A stretch of 64,000 nucleotides of DNA from an uncultured delta proteobacterium (GTDB taxonomy: Bacteria; Desulfobacterota; Desulfobacteria; Desulfobacterales; JAFDCJ01): NCBI GenBank assembly GCA_963769935.1, contig CAVYNY010000013.1, positions 256,001 to 320,000 on the forward strand, written 5' to 3'. The number at the start of each line of letters is the position of its first letter. Position 1 is the stretch's first letter. The translations under genes and the position numbers were made by a program. Shown one piece after another: positions 1-8,272 of this stretch. The notes under the pieces were generated by a model, which searched no databases, was not told the DNA's origin, and worked only from the letters and a program-made list of their open reading frames with translations.

Positions 1-924
1 CATCCGGTTATCCTGCGCGCCGCCCACCAGGTGGTCCATGAAGGAATTGCACGCCCCTTGCTGCTCGGCAATGAGGCGGAAATCCGCGCTCTGGCCGATA
101 GCCTCAAGATCCCCACCGAAGGCATCGAAATCCTGGACAACCTGAAAAGTCCGCTTTATGGCGAATTTGTGGATAAACTCTATCAAATGAGGGCCCGCAA
201 AGGTTGGTCTTTGGCCGAAACCAACCGGCAGCTTCGCAGCCGCTATATCTTTGGCGCCATGATGGTCCGTGAAGGTTTGGTCGACGGCCAAGTCCACGGC
301 ATCACACGCTCTTATCCCGATGCCATTCGGCCGGTCTTGCAGGTCATCGCGCGGCGCCCCGGCGTTTCAAAGGTCTGCGGAGTCTATCTTATGATTTTTA
401 AGGACCGCAGTCTGCTTTTCGCCGACGCTACCGTAAATATCGACCCGAGTTCGGAAGACCTGGCCCAAATTGCATTACTGGCTTCAGAAATGGCCGAATT
501 CTTCGACTTGCCGCCGAGGGTGGCCATGCTTTCATTTTCAAACTTCGGCAACACACGCCATCCGGACGCCAAACGGGTGGAAGCCGCGGTAAGGATCGTC
601 CGTGAGCGCAAACCGGAGCTGATCGTCGACGGCGAGATGCAGGCCGACACGGCCGTCAGCGAAGACATCCTGAATGGGCTCTTCCCGTTCAATCGCCTCG
701 GCGGACCCGCCAATGTACTGATCTTTCCGAATTTGGCCGCCGGCAATGTCTCCTATAAGCTCCTGGAGCGGTTGGGGGGCGCCAAGGCGGTCGGCCCCCT
801 GTTGATGGGCATCAGCCGGCCTTTCAACGTCCTGCAGCGGGCAACCTATATGGAAAACGTGGTCAATGTGATTGCCATTACCGTCGCCCAGGCTCACGAC
901 CTGGCGCGAAAACAGAAAGCATAG
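1..924 (+). CDS. maeB: NADP-dependent malic enzyme, C-terminal phosphotransacetylase-like domain (5' part outside window)
   Basis: Frame open from base 1; motifs ADATVNIDP, VAMLSFSNFG, DGEMQADTA, ANVLIFPNLAAGN, VGPLLMG typical of the MaeB PTA domain. Confidence 0.85.
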   Translation, partial: HPVILRAAHQVVHEGIARPLLLGNEAEIRALADSLKIPTEGIEILDNLKSPLYGEFVDKLYQMRARKGWSLAETNRQLRSRYIFGAMMVREGLVDGQVHGITRSYPDAIRPVLQVIARRPGVSKVCGVYLMIFKDRSLLFADATVNIDPSSEDLAQIALLASEMAEFFDLPPRVAMLSFSNFGNTRHPDAKRVEAAVRIVRERKPELIVDGEMQADTAVSEDILNGLFPFNRLGGPANVLIFPNLAAGNVSYKLLERLGGAKAVGPLLMGISRPFNVLQRATYMENVVNVIAITVAQAHDLARKQKA

Positions 925-957
925 AGTCTTATTTGTTATTTCTTTACATTTTATGAA

Positions 958-1090
958 ATCCGTCTCAGGCGGATCATCACGAAAACACGAAATATAGAAA
1001 GCACGAAATTTTTCTTTTCTCTTTTTCGTGCTTTCGTCCCTTCGTGCTTTCGTGATTAATTTCCTTCTTGGTTCTCCGCCTGCGGTGGAT
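958..1090. repeat. Nested imperfect palindrome
   Basis: atcacgaaaacacgaaa...gaaagcacgaaa paired with tttcgtgctttcg...ttcgtgctttcgtgat; outer arms atccgtctcaggcggat / ctccgcctgcggtggat. Confidence 0.75.
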
Positions 1091-1375
1091 CCGGGTTAGG
1101 TTTATTCTATGCTACAATCAGAGGTCTTCTATGGAAAATCACTCCACGGAAAATGAGCCCCATCTGTTCGACAGACTGCTGCGCAATGAGACGGCCTTTG
1201 CGATTCAGCGGCGACTTCAGTTGAAGGGCATCACCGCCGTGATTTTACCCATTCATATCGCAGTGTGACAGCCGAAGGTAGTTATGTGGAGACCAAAAGT
1301 AAGCAACCCGAATCCTGTGGCAGCGATGATCCGATCATCGAAGCTCAAGTTGTGGATTAAAAGAAGGGGGAGACG

Positions 1376-1621
1376 TTGGGAAAAATTGCGAATTTAGTCG
1401 TCGACCTCGATACCGGAAAAATTGTGTGCGCCGTGCTTGAATCCGGTGGTTTTTTGGGCATCGGTGAAAAGCTCTTTCCCGTTCCCTGGGGGTCCCTTGC
1501 AGCGCTTCCATCAGAAGGTAGATTCTTCCTCAACCAATCGAAAGAACAAATGGCAAAAGCACCTGCTTTTGATAAAAAATATTTGACTCTAAAACAGTTA
1601 AAACCATCTCAGGACAAGTGA
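1376..1621 (+). pseudogene. PRC-barrel domain protein fragment
   Basis: LGKIANLVVDLDTGKIVCAVLESGGFLGIGEKLFPVPW is a PRC-barrel signature; an in-frame TAA just upstream removes the N-terminus. Confidence 0.65.
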
Positions 1622-1917
1622 TAAAAATAGACCAACCCCCAGAATCTGGATTTGGTTTGCAAATGCGATTGACTGTTTTTATCGACAAAAAAGAGATTCT
1701 GCCGGTTTACCTGGGTCCCGCCTACTACCTTGTAGGCCCCTGGCAGGCAAAACATATCAAATTAGGCGCTGAAGTCACCGTGAGCGGCTCCCTGGTCAAA
1801 GTTAAAGATGAGCCTTTAATGATCGCCGTAACCGTGAAGCAAGGAAATGCAGTCTTGCGTTTGAGAGACCAGGCGGGAATCCCAGCTTGGATTGGATGGA
1901 AAAAAACGAGCGATTGA
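1618..1917 (+). pseudogene. OB-fold-like domain fragment (VYLGP..Y..VTVSGS..LRLRD..G.P.W), probably the C-terminal part of the same gene as 1376-1621
   Basis: Motif pattern of small OB-fold proteins; no good start or RBS; abuts the PRC fragment in another frame. Confidence 0.45.
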
Positions 1918-2086
1918 TCGCGTGACCGCGAAACAGGGGTGGAAGCGCACCACATAAGCACAGGCGCCTGGTGCTGGATAACGCATTAACTGGATATGGG
2001 TGATGATTTCCACGGATGGGAAGTCGTGGCGTTGTGGGATGACGCTCGCTTTGGGCTTGCGCACAGAAACGATAAGGACGTTTATC

Positions 2087-4498
2087 ATGAAATCAAAATC
2101 ATCAATTGTCTTATTTGCCTTTCTAATAATAGCGTTCCTGGTGCTGCTCTCCCTTTTTGTGGGATATTACGGCGACTGGCTGTGGTTTCGGAATATGGGT
2201 TTTGGCGCAGTATTTACCACGATCCTGTGGGCAAAGATCCTGTTGTTTTTTGTTTTTTTCATAATATTTGGCATTTTCGCCGGGGGGAACATTGTCATTG
2301 CAAGGGGACGGGGAATCCATACCCGCTCCTTGAAAGAGGTTTCCCCTGAACAACGCCTGACGCGTTTTGATATCGTTTTCAGCAATAAATACGCCAAATA
2401 TTCATGGGCTGCGATTATTCTGTTTTTTTCATTCATCATGGGTTCACAGGCATCCGGCTCATGGGAAACATTTTTGAAATTTCTGCATGCCTCCAAATTC
2501 GGGGTTGCCGACCCGATTTTTTCAAAGGATGCGGGCTTCTATGTTTTTCGCCTGCCGCTCTATAATTTTTTTGAGGGATGGTACTTTTTTTGTTTAATCA
2601 TTGCTTCCATCGGGGTCTATTTTGTGGTTCTCATAGGTTTTTCCTGGATTTATCCCGCCCTGATTGAACAATATGCGGTTAAGCCCACCGAGCTGACAAA
2701 GGAAACACCCTATATCCTCCATAACATAAAATTCACCCGTCTGGCCTTTGGGTTAGACAAGGTCGAAGAAAAACCTTTCGCGGTGCGGCAATCCATGACC
2801 TACGATGACATAAAGGAGAATGACGCCACCATCCATAACATCAGGCTCTGGGATACCCGGCCGTTGATCGAGACTTACAGACAATTGCAGGAAATCCGGC
2901 TTTATTATAATTTCAAAAATGTGGATGTGGATCGGTATCATTTCAAGGAGAGCTATACGCAGGTCGCCCTTGCAGCCAGAGAATTGCCTGCTTCGCAGCT
3001 TCCTGCCCGCGCCAGCACCTGGCTCAACATACATCTGAAATACACGCACGGTTACGGCTTGGTCATGAGCCCTGTAAACGAGGTCACAAAAGACGGTATG
3101 CCCGATCTCATTGTACAAAACATCCCTCCCAGCTCAAACGTCTTATCTATTACCCGTCCGGAAATCTACTATGGTGAGCAAACTGATCAGTATGCCCTTG
3201 TCAACACCAAAACCAAAGAGTTCGATTACCCAAGCGGCAATCAAAATGTGTATACCTCCTATCAGGGAAAGGGCGGCGTCCGGCTTTCCAGCCTTTTTCG
3301 AAGGCTGGTTTACACCTGGAACTTTTCGGACATAAAAATCCTCCTGACCAACTACCTGACAAACGAGAGCCGGATCATGTTCCATCGAGACATCGCGGAC
3401 CGTGATAATACGATTGCACCTTTTCTGGGGTATGATTCTGATCCCTATCTGGTAGTGGGCAAGGATGGCAACTTGTACTGGATACATGACGCATATACCA
3501 CCTCGAACATGTTTCCTTACTCACAGCCTTTTTCTCAGTCACTAAACAGCAGCGGACTCAATTACATTCGCAATTCCGTAAAGGTAGTCATTGATGCCTA
3601 TAACGGAGACGTTTCCTATTACGTCATTGATCCTTCAGATCCGCTGGTCCAGACCTATGAGAAAATCTTTCCCACCCTGTTTAAACCCATCAGCGAGATG
3701 TCTGCCTTTCTAAAGAGGCATATACGTTACCCCACGGATCTATTCCTGATCCAGGGACAAATGTACAATACATTCCACATGACAAACCCCCAGGTTTTCT
3801 ATAACCAGGAAGATTTGTGGAGTTTAGCAACGGAGGTTTACGATAAGAATGAGCAGCCAATGCTGCCTTATTATATCATCATGAGGTTACCGGACACCAA
3901 ATCGGAGGAGTTTATCTTGATGGTCCCTTTCACACCATCGAAGAAGAACAATATGGTGGCCTGGCTGTGCGCGCGCTGTGACGGCGATAATTACGGCCAA
4001 TTACTGGAATACAGCCTCTCCAAGGAAAAGTTGATTTACGGGCCATTGCAAATTGACGCCCGGATAAACCAGAAACCCGATATCTCTTCCAGTTTGACTC
4101 TCTGGGGACAAATGGGATCCAGCGTGATTCGAGGGAATTTGCTTGTGATCCCGATTGAGCATTCTTTCCTGTATGTAGAGCCTGTTTACCTCCAGGCGGA
4201 ACAAAGCAAGATGCCGGAATTAAAGCGTGTCATCGTTTCCCTTGGAAATCAATTGCAAATGCGCGATAATCTGGATGATGCCCTGCGAGCCGTCTTTTCT
4301 TTAGAGGCCGCTCCTCCCGCGCAAATACAAGAAGCCCTCACCGGATTACCAACCGGGCCCCTGTCCGACATGGCACAAGAGGCCCTGAACCATTACAATA
4401 AGGCCCTGGATTATCTAAAAAATGCTGACTGGACAAAATATGGTCAGGAATTAGATAAGATCAGGGATATTTTACAACGTATGGCCAAAAATAAATGA
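2087..4498 (+). CDS. UPF0182 family membrane protein, apparently with an in-frame internal deletion
   Basis: DWLWF, DPIFSKDAGFYVFRLP, NIRLWD, QEIRLYY, YTHGYG, PEIYYGE, NYIRNSVKVVIDAYNG, GNLLVIP, LYVEPVYLQA motifs; ATG at 2087 after aagga. Confidence 0.9.
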   Translation: MKSKSSIVLFAFLIIAFLVLLSLFVGYYGDWLWFRNMGFGAVFTTILWAKILLFFVFFIIFGIFAGGNIVIARGRGIHTRSLKEVSPEQRLTRFDIVFSNKYAKYSWAAIILFFSFIMGSQASGSWETFLKFLHASKFGVADPIFSKDAGFYVFRLPLYNFFEGWYFFCLIIASIGVYFVVLIGFSWIYPALIEQYAVKPTELTKETPYILHNIKFTRLAFGLDKVEEKPFAVRQSMTYDDIKENDATIHNIRLWDTRPLIETYRQLQEIRLYYNFKNVDVDRYHFKESYTQVALAARELPASQLPARASTWLNIHLKYTHGYGLVMSPVNEVTKDGMPDLIVQNIPPSSNVLSITRPEIYYGEQTDQYALVNTKTKEFDYPSGNQNVYTSYQGKGGVRLSSLFRRLVYTWNFSDIKILLTNYLTNESRIMFHRDIADRDNTIAPFLGYDSDPYLVVGKDGNLYWIHDAYTTSNMFPYSQPFSQSLNSSGLNYIRNSVKVVIDAYNGDVSYYVIDPSDPLVQTYEKIFPTLFKPISEMSAFLKRHIRYPTDLFLIQGQMYNTFHMTNPQVFYNQEDLWSLATEVYDKNEQPMLPYYIIMRLPDTKSEEFILMVPFTPSKKNNMVAWLCARCDGDNYGQLLEYSLSKEKLIYGPLQIDARINQKPDISSSLTLWGQMGSSVIRGNLLVIPIEHSFLYVEPVYLQAEQSKMPELKRVIVSLGNQLQMRDNLDDALRAVFSLEAAPPAQIQEALTGLPTGPLSDMAQEALNHYNKALDYLKNADWTKYGQELDKIRDILQRMAKNK

Positions 4499-4631
4499 TG
4501 CGGCGTCAGAACTCCAAAAAGCGGGCCATAGGGCCGCCAGGCACCTGATTCAGAGGACTGAGGAGGCAAAACCGAAAACGATTGAGATTAAAGCGGAATG
4601 AAATGACATATGCTCTAAGGCGGAAAGTGAT

Positions 4632-5648
4632 GTGATGAAAGGCAGATACCTCGGCCACCTCTCCCGCAGCGATCCCCTGAACGGTTATATCCAGGGGCAT
4701 ATCGCCCCCCAACTGGGGTTTTACGCCCCCGATGCGGTCTACAGGGTCTTCAAGTTCACCTGCTCCCGGTCCGTCTACCTCTATGAAGAGCAGCAGAGCA
4801 AGGTCCGCATCGTGGCGAAATTCCACCAAAATCATCTTCCGGGCGCGTCCTTTTTCCCCCGGAAAACCGGCGAAAAGGAGTTCAATGACCTTTTGTATAT
4901 ACGCAGCCTTGGCTTTACCTCCACCCCGCACTACGTGGTCAGGCCCCTGGGGTACAACCCGGGCATCGGCAACGCCCTGCTGGTGGAGTATCTGGAGGGC
5001 GATCAGTTGTCTTCGGTGATCAACAACGCTATTTTCCAGGGCAACTGTGGTCGTCTCTACCAAAAGCTGGCCGCTTTGGCCCATTTTCTGGTTTCTCTGC
5101 ATAACCGCACCGCCGGGGATTGGCGCGTTAACCATGAAGAAACCCACGACTATGCCGGCAAGCTCATCCATTCCCTGGTGACCAAATGGGGAATGGACGC
5201 GGCGGATTCGGGGGAACTCTACTTTCTGCGCGACCAGTGGCGATCCAAAAGCTGCATGTGGGAGGACCGGGCCGTGCTGGTCCACGGCGACGCCACGCCG
5301 TCGAACTTCCTGTTCGGTCACGGCCGCCACACTATGGCCATCGATTTCGAGCGCATGAAATGGGCTGACCGCGTCTTCGATCTGGGTAGGCTGTGCGGCG
5401 AACTTAAGCATTTTTTCTTCCAGGCCACGGGCGATGCCTACGCGGCCGAGCCCTTCATCGGTCATTTCCTCTGGGAATACTGCTGCCACTTTCCCGACCG
5501 CATGAGCGCCTTTAGGTCCATCACCCGGCGTACGCCTTTCCATATGGGGATCACCCTGCTGCGCATCGCCCGAAATTCCTGGATCGACTGGGAATACCGG
5601 TGGCGGCTGATCCGCGAGGCCAAGGCCATCCTGAGAGTATTGCCATGA
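4632..5648 (+). CDS. Aminoglycoside phosphotransferase/choline kinase-like protein
   Basis: VLVHGDATPSNF and IDFE catalytic motifs of the APH fold. Confidence 0.8.
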   Translation: MMKGRYLGHLSRSDPLNGYIQGHIAPQLGFYAPDAVYRVFKFTCSRSVYLYEEQQSKVRIVAKFHQNHLPGASFFPRKTGEKEFNDLLYIRSLGFTSTPHYVVRPLGYNPGIGNALLVEYLEGDQLSSVINNAIFQGNCGRLYQKLAALAHFLVSLHNRTAGDWRVNHEETHDYAGKLIHSLVTKWGMDAADSGELYFLRDQWRSKSCMWEDRAVLVHGDATPSNFLFGHGRHTMAIDFERMKWADRVFDLGRLCGELKHFFFQATGDAYAAEPFIGHFLWEYCCHFPDRMSAFRSITRRTPFHMGITLLRIARNSWIDWEYRWRLIREAKAILRVLP

Positions 5649-5720
5649 TCATCAAGGCTATCCTTTTCGACATCAACACCGACGAAGCCAACGAGGAAAT
5701 CTACCGGGGGATAAGTGACC
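5645..5720 (+). pseudogene. HAD-family hydrolase N-terminal remnant
   Basis: MIIKAILFDINTDEANEEIYRGIS overlapping the APH stop (ATGA); motif I lacks the GTL part and the gene is truncated. Confidence 0.55.
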
Positions 5721-5778
5721 CTGAGATCCCAGTAAGTTACGAAACCTGCAGCATGGAATAAACAGGAGAATGCTCATT

Positions 5779-6410
5779 ATGAAACCCAATACCAATCAAC
5801 CCAAGGCGCCTGAATCGAAGCCGGGATCGAAGGCCAAGGCGAAGGACGATCTAAAATCCCTTTCCCTGCCGGAACTGCAGGCAAAGCGGTGATGATCGTG
5901 ATGCCGGCGCTGCTCAACGACGGGGCGATTCTGTCCATTGCCTATGACAACGTTCATTACAAGGACAAGCCCGAGGCCTGGAACATGCGCATGGTGCTGG
6001 GGATCGCCACGGTGCTGGGCGTCATCGGACCCGCGGCGGCGTTTGGTCTGTTTTACCTCGGCGAGCGCGTCTCTCACCTGGACCGTGCGCACATCCAAAC
6101 GCCGATGTACCTGATGCTGTCCGTGGCCGGACATCTGACGATTTTTCTGATGCGCACGCGCGGCCCGTTCTGGTCCATCCGTCCCGCGCCGATTTTATGG
6201 GCGGCCGTGCTCGGCACACAAGCCGTGGCGACGTTGATCGCGGTTTATGGGCTGTTTATGACGCCCCTCGGCTGGGGTTGGGCGGGGTTCGTTTGGGGAT
6301 ACGCGCTGATATGGGCGCTTTTGAGTGACCGCGTGAAGCTGCTGGCGTATCGGGTGTTCGATCCAACTGCCGCGCCCCTATTATATAAAAAATCGTATGT
6401 AACACCATAG
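5779..6410 (+). pseudogene. Plasma-membrane proton-efflux P-type ATPase with most of the gene deleted
   Basis: N-terminal ...DDLKSLSLPELQAK joined out of frame at ~5886 to the C-terminal membrane part LLNDGAILSIAYD..PEAWNM..SVAGHLTIF..RTRGPFW; no DKTGT. Confidence 0.85.
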
Positions 6411-6528
6411 CCCGTATGGAACCAAATCTAGCTATACCGGATTCAAGGGATGATGACATATCTTCCCAAGGCAGCCGGTAAAATCAGATCGTATTTAATC
6501 AACCTACAAATGTTAAAGGGAGGACCTA

Positions 6529-6977
6529 TGATTTCAAACATTCTTGTGCCGACAGACGGATCAGAGGCAGCTCAAAAGGCTGCCAGGTATGCCATTGACC
6601 TCGCAACCCAATTAAAATGCTCGATAATTGTTCTGAGCATCATTGATAATCGATCTCTTGTGGCCCAGGCAATGCCCGCCCAGGAGAACGCCCGGCATAT
6701 TATAGAGCCGATCGAGGATTATCTGAGAGAGGCTGCCGAGGAGTATGCAAAAGAAATAAAGAAAATCTGCGATGAAAATGGTGTCCAATCAAAGATTTTG
6801 GTGACGTCGGGACATCCGGCTGAAGAAATTACAAAAGAAGCTGAGAGTTCCAATGTAGATCTCATTGTTATGGGTTCTCATGGGAGAAGCGCTTTAGCGG
6901 CTGCGTTCCTCGGCAGCGTTACCTACAGCATAATCCACAAAGAGTCAAAAATTCCTGTTCTCGTGGTCAGGCGATGA
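6529..6977 (+). CDS. Universal stress protein (UspA family)
   Basis: ILVPTDGS, DLIVMGSHGRS, LGSVT, PVLVVR; RBS ggagga. Confidence 0.92.
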
Positions 6978-7149
6978 AGGACTAAATTATAAGGGGCACC
7001 GGAAAAGTGAACAGGTTAGTTGAATGTTGTCCATACTTTTCTTGGCATCCAAACCGCCGGCGGAAGATAGGGCACATCAAAATTTAAAATACGGTCTCTT
7101 TTTTCATAATATACGACATTCACCGTATTTAAGGATTACCGCTAGAAAT

Positions 7150-7193
7150 GTAAAGAATCCTGGCCCAGAGGAGCAGGTTTTCAATGTTGGAAT
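7150..7193 (+). repeat. 44-bp dispersed repeat, copy 1 (copy 2 at 50853-50896)
   Basis: gtaaagaatcctggccca-N10-ttttcaatgttggaat; 41/44 identical to copy 2. Confidence 0.85.
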
Positions 7194-7243
7194 AAAGCTG
7201 CTGAGCCTGCTAGCGACGGCACGCCATTTGAGGAGGGAAAGCC

Positions 7244-8093
7244 ATGAAAGTGAGTTCTTTTGCAGGAAAACCGGCCGAAGCATCGATGCTGGTGAACGTA
7301 CCTAAACTGATCACGGCCTGTTATACCGAGGTGCCTGACCCTTCGATGCCGGAGCAACGGGTTTCCTTCGGCACCTCGGGGCATCGCGGTTCCGCCTTCG
7401 AGAAGTCCTTCAACGAATGGCATGTCCTCGCCATCAGCCAGGCCATTTGCCTGTACCGCAGGCAGCACAAACTCGATGGACCCCTGTTTCTCGGCATGGA
7501 CACGCATGCGCTCTCCGTGCCGGCTCTTGCCGGCTCTTGCCGGCACGCTGGAGGTGCTGGGGGCAAACGGGGTGGACGTCAAGATTGCAGAGACGGATGA
7601 ATATACCCCGACCCCTGCGGTTTCCCACGCGATTCTCACGCACAACCGCGAGCGCAGGACTGCTGCCGCCTAACCACTACCTTGCGGTCGCCATCTTCTA
7701 TCTCTTCCAACACCGGCCGAAGTGGCGCACGGAAACGGCGGTCGGCAAGACGGTGGTGAGCAGCCGGATGATCGATCGCGTCACTGCGAAGCTGGAGCGG
7801 ATGCTCTACGAGGTGCCGGTCGGCTTCAAGTGGTTTGTCGAAGGTCTATTGGACGGCTCGCTTGGCTTCGGCGGGGAAGAGCGTGCGGGCGTGTCGTTTG
7901 TCCGTCGGGATGGTGCGCGGCGCGTCCGTCAGGGACGGAAGACATCTACAAGATCTATGCGGAGAGCTTCCGCGCAGCGGATCATCTGCGCCGCATCCTG
8001 GAGGAAGCGCAGGCAATCGTCACCGATGCTCTGGCCGCTTCCGTGCACCCCCCGGGGACTGCGGTCAAGACAAATTCGAAGGAAAAGCCATGA
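7244..8093 (+). pseudogene. pgm: Phosphoglucomutase with a 10-bp duplication and two internal deletions
   Basis: [54 protein letters not shown] segments in different frames; catalytic SHNP segment absent. Confidence 0.88.
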
Positions 8094-8227
8094 GCCAACA
8101 AACACGTGCCGGCCACCCGATATACAAGCTTCTGCCTAGGGAAGTTGCCGGATTCGACCCCTTGGCCGAGTTGGCCCTGGCCAGGCGCTGGTCATGGAAT
8201 CATGCCGCCGACGAAGTAATGGTTTAG
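8090..8227 (+). pseudogene. glgP: Alpha-glucan phosphorylase N-terminal remnant
   Basis: LAELALARRWSWNHAADEV matches the GlgP N-terminus; overlaps pgm stop (ATGA); ends after ~45 codons. Confidence 0.7.
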
Positions 8228-8272
8228 GTTGTTGGGTATAAAGCCGCAGCACTTTAAAAAAGGGACATCAAA

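Noticed and set aside
1618..1917. Magnetosome gene (MamS/MamX-like fold)
   Set aside because: Generic OB-like fragment; no other mam genes in the window
4506..5543. 345-aa minus-strand ORF
   Set aside because: Antisense shadow of the APH-like gene; no motifs
4632..5648. Antibiotic-resistance kinase
   Set aside because: Fold-level similarity only; coupling to a HAD gene suggests a metabolic kinase
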